From Gammaproteobacteria bacterium (GTDB lineage Bacteria > Pseudomonadota > Gammaproteobacteria > SZUA-152), in the NCBI GenBank assembly GCA_021648485.1, contig JAKISS010000010.1, positions 485 through 64,484 of the forward strand: a stretch of 64,000 bases of DNA. Reading direction: 5' to 3'. The notes under the pieces are model-generated. The model saw nothing but the letters and a program-made list of their open reading frames with translations, ran no database searches and was not told the origin of the DNA. How positions within the stretch are numbered: position 1 is the stretch's first letter; every line of letters begins with the position of its first letter. Below, piece by piece: positions 29,820 through 40,448 of the stretch. A program made the translations under genes and the position numbers.

Positions 29820-30896
29820 TCAGGGCACAATCCATAAATGACTAAACCAGAAATAGCGCCCCGGTCGGGATGAGGGTGCGGTGCAGTTATAGCGACTGCG
29901 GCCGCGCGGCAAGGGGGTTGGTGCCTGTACTGAAAAATGCCGCATTTTTCGATTCAGCCATTTAACGCTCACCGCACCCTGGCCCGATACAAAGCATGAC
30001 AACTGATCCAGTCGCGCATCGCTTTTTGCCAGTTCAACATTCATTCGAGGGGCTTCTTGTGTCGTAACCACTGGCTCCCATGGTCGTATTGCCATGACAG
30101 GAAAGGCAAGACTTTGCAGCTTTTGTTTAAAATCCGGTAAAGCAGCAAAACGTTCCGCCATAGGGAAGCGTGGTAAAGCACGCAAATCTGCACCCAAACT
30201 AACCGGCCCGGACTGCTGACCAAAAGCCACCAACCCCATCGTGGTTACCAGTCCCGCCAGTCTCTCGTTATATTCACCGTAGGGATAAGCAAAAAATGCA
30301 GGTGCTCTGCCCAGCTCTGCTTTAATGCGTTGCTGGGCACGGGCAATATCATCCTTTACGCGTTTGTGCCATTGGTTGGTTGTTTCATCTGTCCGGCGTT
30401 GAATCAGGTGATCATGTGTTGCCGAGTGATTTTCAAAACTCGCGCCATACTGTTGCATTTCACGCATTTGCTGCCAATTCATGTAGGCTGGAAAACGTTG
30501 GTCAACACCGTCAGTGGCAACAAAAACAGTAAACGGCCAACCACGTTCACGCAGTCGTGGATAAGCTTCGTCGAATACTGATCGGTAAGCATCGTCAACG
30601 GTGATGGCTACCACACGATCAGGAAAAGGCTTTTGTTTACGTGCGTAATCCACCACCTTTGCCAATGGCCAGACCTGATATCCCCCCTGTGTCAAATAAT
30701 CCAGATGGGCATCAAATTGTGCGAGCCGAATGTTGGTTGATGGGTATTTATCCACACCGAAATGGTGATACATGAGCACCACAGCTTGTGACTCTTCCGC
30801 CTGTGTACTGGACAACATACCGCCCATTAACAGTGCCGCCAGCATGTTGATCAAACGGAAAAAGCAAGGATTTTTAAGATGTTTTAATGGGTGCAT
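29820..30896 (-). CDS. Polysaccharide deacetylase family protein (NodB-homology, PgaB-N-like)
   Basis: Signal peptide. ITVDDAYRSVF, FTVFV and NHSATH motifs are typical of CE4 deacetylases. Confidence 0.75.
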   Translation of the reverse strand: MHPLKHLKNPCFFRLINMLAALLMGGMLSSTQAEESQAVVLMYHHFGVDKYPSTNIRLAQFDAHLDYLTQGGYQVWPLAKVVDYARKQKPFPDRVVAITVDDAYRSVFDEAYPRLRERGWPFTVFVATDGVDQRFPAYMNWQQMREMQQYGASFENHSATHDHLIQRRTDETTNQWHKRVKDDIARAQQRIKAELGRAPAFFAYPYGEYNERLAGLVTTMGLVAFGQQSGPVSLGADLRALPRFPMAERFAALPDFKQKLQSLAFPVMAIRPWEPVVTTQEAPRMNVELAKSDARLDQLSCFVSGQGAVSVKWLNRKMRHFSVQAPTPLPRGRSRYNCTAPSSRPGRYFWFSHLWIVP

Positions 30897-30930
30897 GGGT
30901 AAATTTCATCCCGTTTACGTGTGTGGCAGC

Positions 30931-31115
30931 ATTATCCTAAATTAATCAGTTAAATCTACTGCGAGCGCCTAATGCACAGAATCTAAAGCATTTTTCAGAA
31001 CATGTTGAACTCACCGTATGGGTGATACACTTTCGTCCAAAATAACCTGAAAAACGCTTTATCTTCCGCACCTTAGTCGCTCTCGCTACGGTTTAACTGA
31101 TTAATTTAGGATTAT
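30931..31115. repeat. ~185-bp imperfect palindrome (ERIC/MITE-like intergenic element)
   Basis: Perfect 21-bp terminal arms ATCCTAAATTAATCAGTTAAA (30934-30954) / TTTAACTGATTAATTTAGGAT (31092-31112). Nested arms AAAGCATTTTTCAG / CTGAAAAACGCTTT. Centre near 31016. Confidence 0.65.
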
Positions 31116-31311
31116 AGTAGGCGTATTTCTAGCCGCTATATTTACAAGATTTAAAACCAATCACCTTGCTCATAAACAGGCAGGCTGGTTGTGCATTATT
31201 ACCTTGAATACAAATGGGTACCCGGCTATTTTCCATGAAGGATAGCGCATATATTGACGGTGTTAATCACAGTCAGCGCGTTTTCTGGAAAACCTGAGAG
31301 CAAAGCAAATT

Positions 31312-31746
31312 ATGCGCAGCTTTACCCGACATCCTTCAAATGTCCCTGTTGATTTTCAACTGGAGGAACTGGTCACCGATGGTGGTGACTATCTTAAAAA
31401 TGTCAGCCAGGGCGGGCTTGCCTTTCATTCCACGGTCACACTGAAGCCAGGTACCACTATCCGCATCAAGATCCCATTGGTATCCCCTGTATTTCAAGCT
31501 ATTGGCAAAGTCACCTGGTGTCACCCCCTGCAAAATACCTTCGAAATTGGCATCCAGTTTCTGGATGAAAATGACACTTTTCGGGCACGTATGGTTGAGC
31601 AAATTTGCCATATTGAACAATATAAACAGGAGGTTTTCGACAAAGATGGACGTCAGCTCAGCGGTGAACAGGCTGCGGTGGAATGGATTCAGAAATATGC
31701 AACAGATTTCTCCAACGCTGCCGACACAGAAAACAACAGCGATTAA
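31312..31746 (+). CDS. PilZ domain protein (c-di-GMP receptor)
   Basis: Canonical RxxxR (RSFTR) and N-x-S-x-x-G (NVSQGG) motifs. Confidence 0.85.
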   Translation: MRSFTRHPSNVPVDFQLEELVTDGGDYLKNVSQGGLAFHSTVTLKPGTTIRIKIPLVSPVFQAIGKVTWCHPLQNTFEIGIQFLDENDTFRARMVEQICHIEQYKQEVFDKDGRQLSGEQAAVEWIQKYATDFSNAADTENNSD

Positions 31747-31792
31747 TATTTTTTAATCCTGAATTAATCAGGCAACCCGACAGATACCAACT

Positions 31793-32647
31793 ATGAATGA
31801 AAAAATTCAGGATTTACTGAGCAATATTGAACAGCTGATTTCACTGCCAGCAGCCTATGTGAGGCTGAATGAGCTAGTGGATGATCCCGGCAGTAGTACG
31901 GATGACATTGCGCACGTTATTACCCAGGACGTTGCTCTCACCGCCCGCTTGCTACGGGTCGCCAACAGCCCGTTGTACGGGCTGTCCACACAAATCGATA
32001 CTGTGTCACGCGCCGTTACCGTGCTAGGTACCCAGCAAGTACGCAGTCTTGCCCTGGCCACGTCCGCGTGCAAGTCTTTTGAAGGCATTCCCAATGAACT
32101 GATGTCTATGGAAAATTTCTGGGAGCATAGTATTCTTTGCGCCCTGTGCGCACGCACCCTTGCTTTGGAATGCCTCAAACAGCAGCGCGAGGCCGTGTTC
32201 GTTGCGGGCCTGTTACATGATATTGGCCAATTGGTGTTGTACCGCGCCTTGCCGGATCTTTCGCGCCAGACCCTTGAAGCCTGTCTCGATAGCCCGGATG
32301 AACTGGAATCCCAGGAAGCCGAGCGGGAAATCATCGGCTTTGACCACGCGGAAATCGGCAGCGAACTGGCGCGAAACTGGTCGTTGCCTGCAAGCCTGCA
32401 AGTCTGCATTGCCTATCATCATGATCCGGCACAAGCCACACAAAGCCGTGTGGAAACCGCCATTGTGCATATCGCTAACAGTATTGCCGCCCTGGTCGAA
32501 TTAAACACTCAGGAACTGGATAATGCACCCCGTATTCACGATATCGCCTGGGAACTAACCGGACTTGACGAGGATATTATTGCACCGACAATAGCCAGTG
32601 TGCAGACACAAATCGGCGATGCGCGTGCGCTGCTCATGGGCAGTTAA
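31793..32647 (+). CDS. HDOD domain signalling protein
   Basis: HDOD-type sequence (LPAAYVRLNELV...LTARLLRVANSPLYG...LLHDIGQLVL...AYHHDP). Confidence 0.85.
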   Translation: MNEKIQDLLSNIEQLISLPAAYVRLNELVDDPGSSTDDIAHVITQDVALTARLLRVANSPLYGLSTQIDTVSRAVTVLGTQQVRSLALATSACKSFEGIPNELMSMENFWEHSILCALCARTLALECLKQQREAVFVAGLLHDIGQLVLYRALPDLSRQTLEACLDSPDELESQEAEREIIGFDHAEIGSELARNWSLPASLQVCIAYHHDPAQATQSRVETAIVHIANSIAALVELNTQELDNAPRIHDIAWELTGLDEDIIAPTIASVQTQIGDARALLMGS

Positions 32648-32690
32648 GAAACGCATAGACTCCCAAGACTTCTTTATTTTCACGCCCAAT

Positions 32691-32727
32691 AAAAAAACCG
32701 CGACCACCATGGTCGCGGTTTTTTTTA
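32691..32727. terminator. Bidirectional rho-independent terminator
   Basis: A7-CCGCGACC-ACCAT-GGTCGCGG-T8, between the convergent HDOD and Sel1 genes. Confidence 0.8.
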
Positions 32728-32743
32728 TTGATGCCTGTTTACA

Positions 32744-33577
32744 TTACATCGCCAAAGCAACCTTGGTATCCTCATCTGCCGTGAGTTTCTTTAGCGCCAC
32801 AACGGCATCTTGCGCCCCCTGTGCCGCAGCCAGGCTCAGCCAATACTGTGCTTGACGGATATCGCGCGGCACATCGGTGCCTTCGGCGTACAGACGACCC
32901 AGGCTCAACTGTGCCAGCGTATGGCCTTGCAAAGCCGATTTTTCCATCCACTTCAAGGCCAATACCATGTTGGTTTTCATGCCCAGACCCTGCTGATACA
33001 TACCCGCCAGCTTATATTGCGCATCCGCATTACCTTTTTGCGCATGTACATCAAATTCAGAAGCCGCGACCTGGTAGAGGCGATGGCTTTCCTGTGTGTT
33101 AGCGCTTACACCTTCTGCACCCTTGGAAAAAACAGCGCCGAGCTGATAATAAGCATCCGGGTGACCTTGTTCTGCGGCTTTGCGGTACCACTCAACAGCA
33201 CGTTTTACATTATTTTGCTTTTCTGAAAGATAGAAATTACCTAAAGAAAACTGTGCATGAACAACCCCCTTTTCGGCAGCCTTGCGTGTCCACTTCAGCG
33301 TTTCAGACGGTATATCTTCAGCATAAAGTTTGTTTTCCGCGAATAGACGCATCAACATATGCTCCGCCCCGTCATTGCCAGCATCGGCAGCACCCATAAA
33401 ATGCTGTCCCGCCTCGGCGTAATTGCCCACGGCGTAAGCCATCAAACCATCTTCATATAAATCAGCCTGCACACTAAAAGCCGTAACACCTAATGACAAA
33501 CCAAGAATGGCCTTACAAAAAATTCCTGGTGTACGACGTGCTACATTCTGTGTGTGGCGAGATGCAAAAATCATCAT
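32744..33577 (-). CDS. Sel1-repeat (TPR-like) secreted protein
   Basis: Signal peptide and repeated A..WY.KAAEQG...AQ..LG.MY motifs. Confidence 0.8.
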   Translation of the reverse strand: MMIFASRHTQNVARRTPGIFCKAILGLSLGVTAFSVQADLYEDGLMAYAVGNYAEAGQHFMGAADAGNDGAEHMLMRLFAENKLYAEDIPSETLKWTRKAAEKGVVHAQFSLGNFYLSEKQNNVKRAVEWYRKAAEQGHPDAYYQLGAVFSKGAEGVSANTQESHRLYQVAASEFDVHAQKGNADAQYKLAGMYQQGLGMKTNMVLALKWMEKSALQGHTLAQLSLGRLYAEGTDVPRDIRQAQYWLSLAAAQGAQDAVVALKKLTADEDTKVALAM

Positions 33578-33863
33578 AGCTCTCCTGCTATCCGGTTAAA
33601 TGTTGTGGTGAATGTTTACTGCTTGTCTCGTGTTGCGTTGATCGAGCATCTTTACGGCCAGCGCTGGACATACTGAACCCTGCCACTCTAAAAATGTGAT
33701 AAAGATCACCTTGCAATTCTTATTTAGTGATTTTTGAAATATTTATCAATATTTAGATGCTGATTGGTGTATTTTTATGGTAAAAAGGTGGATTGGATAT
33801 GAAATACCATAAAAATATAACGGGGTATAATTTTATCTTATATAAATATAAGGGGTGCTTGCG

Positions 33864-34817
33864 GTGAAACTGCAACAACTACGGTATATCTGTGAGGTTG
33901 CCCGACGGGGATTAAATGTCACCACGGCGGCCGAACGCCTGTTCACTGCTCAATCGGGCATCAGCACCCAGATTCGTCTGCTCGAAGAAGAATTAAATAC
34001 ACAGATTTTTGAGCGTCACGGCAAACGACTGACCGGCGTCACCCAGGCGGGCGAAAGCATCATCACCATGGCCGAGCGTATTCTTACCGAAGCTGAAAAT
34101 ATTCGCCAGGTCGCTCAGCAGGTAAACGATGACACCAAAGGTACATTGTCTATCGCCACCACGCACACCCAGGCTTATCACGCCCTGCCGAAAGTTATCG
34201 CCAAATTCACCGAGATTTACCCCGATGTAAAACTGCGTATCCATCAGGGAAATACACAACAAATTTATGACATGCTGCTCAGTCGCACGGCCGATGTAGC
34301 CGTGACTACTGCCAGTAAAAATATGCCTAAAGAGCTGGTGATGCTGCCCTATCGGGAATGGAGTTTATCGGCCATCACCCCTCCGGGACATCCGTTGACC
34401 CAAGAACCCGAACTGACGCTGTCCGCATTGGCAAAATACCCGTTGATTACCTACGACCACGAAGTTGCTGGTCGCGCTGCCATCAACCAGGCTTTTACTA
34501 ACGAAGGCCTGCTTACCAACATTGCGCTCACTGCACTGGACTCTGACATCATCAAAAAATATGTCCGACTGGGACTGGGAGTAGGCTTGATTGCCGAAAC
34601 AGCGCTAGATGATGCCGAAGATAGCAATCTTGCCGTGATGCCGGCTGGCCACCTGTTTCGTCCTAGCACCAGTTGCGTGTGCGTGCATCGTGGCCGCCAC
34701 TTACGCAACTATGTTTATGCGTTTATCACTCACATCACCCCACAGCTTACCGAAGATGCCGTGGAAGGCATCCTGCACTGGGAGTCTACCAAGGGTGAAA
34801 ATCAGACCCTGCGCTAA
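33864..34817 (+). CDS. cysB: LysR-family transcriptional regulator, CysB/Cbl subfamily
   Basis: VKLQQLRYICEV...ATTHTQA...DIIKKYVRLGLGVG closely parallels E. coli CysB. GTG 33864 was preferred, with AAGGGG 8 nt upstream. The ORF track start is 33855. Confidence 0.8.
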   Translation: MKLQQLRYICEVARRGLNVTTAAERLFTAQSGISTQIRLLEEELNTQIFERHGKRLTGVTQAGESIITMAERILTEAENIRQVAQQVNDDTKGTLSIATTHTQAYHALPKVIAKFTEIYPDVKLRIHQGNTQQIYDMLLSRTADVAVTTASKNMPKELVMLPYREWSLSAITPPGHPLTQEPELTLSALAKYPLITYDHEVAGRAAINQAFTNEGLLTNIALTALDSDIIKKYVRLGLGVGLIAETALDDAEDSNLAVMPAGHLFRPSTSCVCVHRGRHLRNYVYAFITHITPQLTEDAVEGILHWESTKGENQTLR

Positions 34818-34830
34818 AAGTGTCGGGAAT

Positions 34831-35418
34831 TTATCGTTCTTCAGCTTTTTGTCCAACGAACAGCGCTTCATTTCGCAGCCCCTGCGTAATGTCGCCCAAC
34901 GCTCCCACTTCGTGATACACCCGCAGTCGCAGCGGAGCAAACATTGTCAGCAATTCATTTTCGGCCAATAAAAAATCGGGATTCGTCGGCCCTTGTTGAT
35001 GCACCTTATCTTTTATAAATGTCTGATAAAACAACAAACCACCTGGCCGCAATGCGGCACACAACGCTGGAGCCAAAGCCCGTTGCAAAAAATAGCTGAT
35101 TACAATCACATCAAACGATGTTGGCATCGGTGGTTGTTCGCCTACATCACGCACGGCAGCCTCCACCTGCAAACATTCTGCCGCCATGTGCAATCGCAAT
35201 GCATCAATCGCCACCGATGACAAATCCCAGGCTTGCACGGCCAGACCTGCCTGCGCCAGTAACAATGCGTTACCGCCCAGGCCACAGGCCAGATCCAGCG
35301 CATCACCCGATGTTGGCAACAGATGACGGTTTTCCCGTAAAACCTGCGCCGCCCGGGGTTTACCCTCTGCGGTCGCATACCGGCCATTCCATTTTTTCTG
35401 TTCGTGTTTTATTGACAT
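34831..35418 (-). CDS. Class I SAM-dependent methyltransferase (TehB-like)
   Basis: Motif I ALDLACGLGGNALLLA. Start moved to ATG 35418. Confidence 0.7.
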   Translation of the reverse strand: MSIKHEQKKWNGRYATAEGKPRAAQVLRENRHLLPTSGDALDLACGLGGNALLLAQAGLAVQAWDLSSVAIDALRLHMAAECLQVEAAVRDVGEQPPMPTSFDVIVISYFLQRALAPALCAALRPGGLLFYQTFIKDKVHQQGPTNPDFLLAENELLTMFAPLRLRVYHEVGALGDITQGLRNEALFVGQKAEER

Positions 35419-35576
35419 TGTTTTCTCGCATGTTGTTTTCATACACATTGGTTACGGAACATGGATCCACACTTGACCACAGGCGGCCAATAGCGAAAGA
35501 TCATCCATTCTAGTCGAAACCTGCGAACACTATTTATTCAACTGATTAATTCAGCTTTAACCGGAATACGATCACG

Positions 35577-35780
35577 ATGGAAAACAGAATAACTGACCTG
35601 GAAATTCGCCTTACCCATCAAGAGGCAGCACTGGAAGAAATGAACGATGTGCTGCTGACGCAACACACGCTGATTGGTAAATTGCAGGATGACCTCACTC
35701 GCTTGCGAGGACAGCTGCAAGACAATAACACAGGGGATGTGACTGAACAGGTCAACGAACCTCCACCTCCACATTATTGA
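35577..35780 (+). CDS. slyX: SlyX family protein
   Basis: 67 aa. RITDLEIRLTHQEAALEEMNDVL coiled coil is typical of SlyX. Confidence 0.7.
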   Translation: MENRITDLEIRLTHQEAALEEMNDVLLTQHTLIGKLQDDLTRLRGQLQDNNTGDVTEQVNEPPPPHY

Positions 35781-35832
35781 ATACGGTGATTTTTTATATA
35801 TGCACAAAAATCTGTAAGAATGCTAATCCACG

Positions 35833-36147
35833 ATGATCGATATTCTGTGGCTGATCATTCTAGGGCTGGGCATAGGGTACTGGTGGGATAGTGTGCGCAC
35901 CCAAGAGCTTGCCCGGGATGCCGGGTTACGTGCCTGCCAACAAGCTGATGTGCAATTTCTTGACGACACTGTAGAACGAAAACGGCAATGGTTCCGGCGC
36001 AATACGCAGGGTAAAATCCAGTTATGCCGATTGTATTTTTTTGAATTTACCAGTGATGGTGCCGAGCGTTATCAGGGGCGCATTGTGATGTTTGGGCAGG
36101 CTTTGCGTGAGGTGGAAATGGACGCCTACCGTATCCCGCAGAAATAG
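35833..36147 (+). CDS. DUF3301-like small membrane protein
   Basis: N-terminal TM helix and C-terminal LCRLYFFEFTSDGAERYQGRIVM, recalled from the DUF3301 family. Confidence 0.45.
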   Translation: MIDILWLIILGLGIGYWWDSVRTQELARDAGLRACQQADVQFLDDTVERKRQWFRRNTQGKIQLCRLYFFEFTSDGAERYQGRIVMFGQALREVEMDAYRIPQK

Positions 36148-36148
36148 G

Positions 36149-37600
36149 TTATTTACGCCAGAAAGCCGGTGTTAATAACACCAGTAAAGTGAATATTTCC
36201 AAACGCCCTAACAGCATGGCAAAACACAAAATCCATTTTGCAGTGGAATTGATATCACCATAATGCGCACCGACATCACCCAGGCCAGGGCCAAGATTGT
36301 TCATGGAGGCGGCCACGGCAGAGAAGGCTGTGATTTGGTCCAGCCCGGTCATCATGATTAATAACATGATCACTGCGAATGATGCGATGTACAGCGCAAA
36401 GAAACCCCACACTGCATTAATAACCCGCTCGGATAATGGCTTGTTGCCAATTTTAACGGGAATCTGCGCATTGGGATGAATCAGCCGAAAGATTTCTCGC
36501 AATCCCTGTTTGACCAGTAATAAAAACCGGACCACTTTGAGCCCGCCGCCTGTGGAGCCCGCACAGCCACCAATAAAGCTGGTAAACAATAACAGGACCG
36601 GCAAAAACCCTGGCCAATTGTAATAATCTGTCGTGGTAAATCCACTGGTCGTACCAATGGACACCGCTTGAAAAATTCCGTGATGAAGCGCATTGCCAAA
36701 GGTGTCAAAAGTCTTTGTCTGGTAGAGATAAACAGTGGTAATAACCGCACTGACTGATAAGACGAAAAAGTAGGTGCGTACTTCCGGGTCATACAAATAA
36801 GGTTTCAAACTCATTCCACGCCAGGCCAAAAAGTGTAATGCGAAATTGATACCCGCAAGCAGCATGAATACGACAGCCACCATTTCGATAAGCATGCTGT
36901 CAAAGTAACCGATGCTGGCATCATGCGTGGAAAAACCGCCAATGGCGATAGTGGAAAAACTGTGTGCAATGGCATCAAAACCACTCATGCCCGCTAACCA
37001 ATAGGCCAGAGCACAGCTGACTGTTAACCCCAGGTAGATGTACCACAACGCTTTGGCTGTTTCTGTGATACGCGGTGTGAGTTTGCTGTCTTTCATTGGT
37101 CCCGGCGTTTCAGCGCGATATAGCTGCATGCCACCGATACCCAGCATGGGTAGAATAGCAACGGCCAGCACAATGATGCCCATGCCGCCCATCCACTGTA
37201 GTTGTTGCCGGTAAAACAGAATGGCATGAGGCAAATCATCAAGACCCGTCAGCACGGTTGCACCAGTGGTGGTTAGCGCTGAAATGGATTCAAAGACGGC
37301 ATCCGTCAATGACATGTGGGGGGTTTCCGCCAACAGGAACGGCAACGAACCCGATAGACCCAACACCAGCCAGAATACAGCGACAATAATAAACCCACCG
37401 CGTAAACGTACTTCCATTTTTACTTTGCGCACAGGAAACCACGTTACCAGCCCCATGGTCAGTGTCGCAATAAATGCACCAAGAAAAGGATAAACTGCAC
37501 CATCGCCATACCACAAACCCACTGCGGCAGGTGGCAGTGTGGTGAAACTGAAGACCATCAACAACAGTCCGACGATGCGTTGAATAACAGCGCGTTGCAT
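36149..37600 (-). CDS. trkH: Trk system potassium uptake protein TrkH
   Basis: Multi-TM TrkH family protein next to trkA. Start moved to ATG 37600 (MQRAVIQRIVG). Confidence 0.9.
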   Translation of the reverse strand: MQRAVIQRIVGLLLMVFSFTTLPPAAVGLWYGDGAVYPFLGAFIATLTMGLVTWFPVRKVKMEVRLRGGFIIVAVFWLVLGLSGSLPFLLAETPHMSLTDAVFESISALTTTGATVLTGLDDLPHAILFYRQQLQWMGGMGIIVLAVAILPMLGIGGMQLYRAETPGPMKDSKLTPRITETAKALWYIYLGLTVSCALAYWLAGMSGFDAIAHSFSTIAIGGFSTHDASIGYFDSMLIEMVAVVFMLLAGINFALHFLAWRGMSLKPYLYDPEVRTYFFVLSVSAVITTVYLYQTKTFDTFGNALHHGIFQAVSIGTTSGFTTTDYYNWPGFLPVLLLFTSFIGGCAGSTGGGLKVVRFLLLVKQGLREIFRLIHPNAQIPVKIGNKPLSERVINAVWGFFALYIASFAVIMLLIMMTGLDQITAFSAVAASMNNLGPGLGDVGAHYGDINSTAKWILCFAMLLGRLEIFTLLVLLTPAFWRK

Positions 37601-37705
37601 TGGCGTTACAGGGAAAAGGGAAAAGAAGAAAAGGGGCCGGAAATACACAGGCCGTTAGGCTGAAACAAGGTCATTTTTTCCTTTTCCCTTTTATTTTTTT
37701 TACGT

Positions 37706-39079
37706 TCACAGAAAAGTGACGCCAACCTGAAACAAGCGCTCTACATCCGGAATACGTTCTTTGTCTACGACAAATAAAATGACATGATCATCTGCTTCGA
37801 TCACGGTATCGTGGTGGGCAATGATAACTTTGTCACCTCGCACAATAGCGCCGATATTTGTGCCTGCGGGTAATTTAATATCCTCAATGGCTCGCCCAAC
37901 AACTTTGGATGATTTTTTATCGCCATGTGCCACAGCCTCAATGGCTTCCGCAGCACCCCGACGCAGGGAATGTACGGCGGTGACATCACCACGACGCACA
38001 TGGGTTAACAAACTGCCAATAGTGGCCTGTTGTGGTGAGATGGCGATATCAATAATGCCGCTTTGTACCAGATCAACATAAGCGGCACGGTTTATCAGCG
38101 CCATGACTTTTTGTGCGCCGAGACGTTTGGCCAGCATCGCGGAAAGAATGTTGGCTTCATCGTCATTGGTGACGGCACAAAACACATCGGTGTGCTCGAT
38201 GTTTTCATCCATCAACAATTCTTCGTCGGCAGCGTCACCGTGCAGCACGATGGTTTTTTCCAGATCGATAGAAATGCGTTTCGAGCGTTCAGCATTATGG
38301 TCGATCAGTTTGACCTGATATTTATATTCCAGCGCCTTGGCAAGGCGTGTACCGATATTGCCACCACCCGCAAGTATGACGCGTTTGACCGGGCGATCCA
38401 GGCGTCGTAATTCTTTCATTACCACACGAATATGACGTCTTGCCGCGATGAAAAAGACCTCGTCATCTGCTTCAATGACAGTGTCGCCATCGGGGGCAAT
38501 GGCGTGACCGCGACGATAAATGGCGGCCACTCGTGTTTCTACACCCGGCATATGTTCACGCAGGGTTTTTAAGGCCTGGCCCACCAGTGGGCCACCATAA
38601 TAAGCGCGCACGGCCACCAGCTGGACTTTGCCACCGGCGAAGTCCAGCACCTGTAATGCGCCCGGATGTTCAATCAGCCGTTGTACATAGTCAGTGACCA
38701 ATTGCTCAGGACTGATGAGCACGTCCACGGGTAGCGCTTCCTGTGTAAATAATTGGGGGTGGGATAAATAACCAACACTGCGTACCCGGGCAATTTTAGT
38801 GGGTGTGTGAAACAGGGTGTAGGCTACCTGACAAGCGATCATGTTGATTTCATCGCTGTTAGTCACGGCCAAAATCATGTCTGCATCTTCAGCGCCGGCG
38901 CGTGCCAGCACTTCAGGATGGGCGGCTTCTCCCACCACGGTGTTGATATCCAACCGGTCGCGCAGGGTTTCAAGTTTGGTTTCGTCGATATCCACCACAG
39001 TGATGTCACTTGCCTCGGTGGCCAGCACTTCTGCCACCGAGGTGCCTACCTGACCCGCGCCCAATATTATTATTTTCAT
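37706..39079 (-). CDS. trkA: Trk system potassium uptake protein TrkA
   Basis: [16 protein letters not shown] Rossmann motif, duplicated RCK domains, 458 aa. Confidence 0.95.
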   Translation of the reverse strand: MKIIILGAGQVGTSVAEVLATEASDITVVDIDETKLETLRDRLDINTVVGEAAHPEVLARAGAEDADMILAVTNSDEINMIACQVAYTLFHTPTKIARVRSVGYLSHPQLFTQEALPVDVLISPEQLVTDYVQRLIEHPGALQVLDFAGGKVQLVAVRAYYGGPLVGQALKTLREHMPGVETRVAAIYRRGHAIAPDGDTVIEADDEVFFIAARRHIRVVMKELRRLDRPVKRVILAGGGNIGTRLAKALEYKYQVKLIDHNAERSKRISIDLEKTIVLHGDAADEELLMDENIEHTDVFCAVTNDDEANILSAMLAKRLGAQKVMALINRAAYVDLVQSGIIDIAISPQQATIGSLLTHVRRGDVTAVHSLRRGAAEAIEAVAHGDKKSSKVVGRAIEDIKLPAGTNIGAIVRGDKVIIAHHDTVIEADDHVILFVVDKERIPDVERLFQVGVTFL

Positions 39080-39089
39080 AAATTCCTGA

Positions 39090-40448
39090 CTAGCGACCCA
39101 CTCGTCGCGTATCAATTCCCAAAGTACGCAGCTTGCGGTAAAGGTTTGTTCGTTCCATGCCCACCAGCCTGGCCACTTTGCCCACGCTGCCGCCCGCCTG
39201 TTGTAAATGATATTCAAGATAGGCCTTTTCAAATTGCTCACGCGCCTGGCGTAAAGGCAAATCAAAATTTGCCGGGTCTATGTTCCCGAATGATACTGCA
39301 CCAGCACCCAGTGCGGTCTCCACTTCATCCAGTCCAATATCGGTTTCCAGCCCCAGCACCAGTAAACGCCGTACTAAACCTTCCAGTTCGCGGATATTGC
39401 CCGGCCATTCATAGTGACGCAAGCGATTTTGTGCCGCCACTGTAAAATTACGATAAGGCAAGGCCTCTTTATCCACCAGCAGATTAACGTAATACACCAA
39501 CAATTCGGTAACATCTTCCACATGTTCCCGCAGGGCTGGCACATGCACTGGCACAACATTCAATAGATGATATAAATCCTCACGAAAACGGCCAGCGCGG
39601 ATTTCCTGTTCCAAATCATAGTGAGTAGCGGTGATAATACGCGCATCCAGGGTCAGGGATTGACTGCCATTCATGCGCACCCATTTGCCCGTGCTCAAAA
39701 CAGCAAATAAGCTATCCTGTATGTCGGCATCCAGCTCGGCGACATCGTCCAGAAACAGCGTGCCACCTTGTGCCTGTTCGAGAAAGCCGGGCTGAATATC
39801 TGCGCCTTCTTCTTTACCAAATAACAATACATCACCCTGGCCATCGTGAAATTGCCGGGTATGCACACCAATAAACGGGCCATGTTGTCGCGCAGAGCGC
39901 GCATGAAGATATTCGGCACTGAATGTTTTCCCGCTGCCGGGTTCACCATAAAACAACACGGTTCCCGAATGATGTGCCAGCTTTTCCAGTTGTTCACGCA
40001 ACAATTGAATTTGCACCGTCTTACCTACTGGCGGCATGGGTTGTAACGACACACGTTGCAGATTGTTTGGCGTATTTTGTTTTGCCTCCATCAGGGTATG
40101 CTCAACAGTGTGCAACAATTTGGCTAACGACAGAGGTTTTTCAATAAAGTCCTTCGCACCCAGACGAGTCGCTTCTACTGCTGTTTCCACATTGCCATGA
40201 CCGGACATCATAATCACCGGTGCAGTCATGGTTAGATCGCTGGAAAATTCTTTTAACAGGGTAATGCCGTCAATGTCAGGCATCCAGATATCCAGCAAAA
40301 TCATGTCGGGGGTTTTCTGACGTACCAAATGCCGCGCTGCCTCACCATTTTCTGCAATGGCCACTGCATAACCTTCATCTTCCAGAATATCTTTTACCAA
40401 TGTGCAGATATCCGGTTCATCATCCACCACTAAAATATAAGGTTTCAT
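39090..40448 (-). CDS. ntrX: NtrX-type response regulator (REC + AAA+ + Fis-HTH, no GAFTGA loop)
   Basis: REC domain ([18 protein letters not shown]), Walker A GEPGSGKT, and [27 protein letters not shown] where GAFTGA would sit. C-terminal HTH. Confidence 0.75.
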   Translation of the reverse strand: MKPYILVVDDEPDICTLVKDILEDEGYAVAIAENGEAARHLVRQKTPDMILLDIWMPDIDGITLLKEFSSDLTMTAPVIMMSGHGNVETAVEATRLGAKDFIEKPLSLAKLLHTVEHTLMEAKQNTPNNLQRVSLQPMPPVGKTVQIQLLREQLEKLAHHSGTVLFYGEPGSGKTFSAEYLHARSARQHGPFIGVHTRQFHDGQGDVLLFGKEEGADIQPGFLEQAQGGTLFLDDVAELDADIQDSLFAVLSTGKWVRMNGSQSLTLDARIITATHYDLEQEIRAGRFREDLYHLLNVVPVHVPALREHVEDVTELLVYYVNLLVDKEALPYRNFTVAAQNRLRHYEWPGNIRELEGLVRRLLVLGLETDIGLDEVETALGAGAVSFGNIDPANFDLPLRQAREQFEKAYLEYHLQQAGGSVGKVARLVGMERTNLYRKLRTLGIDTRRVGR

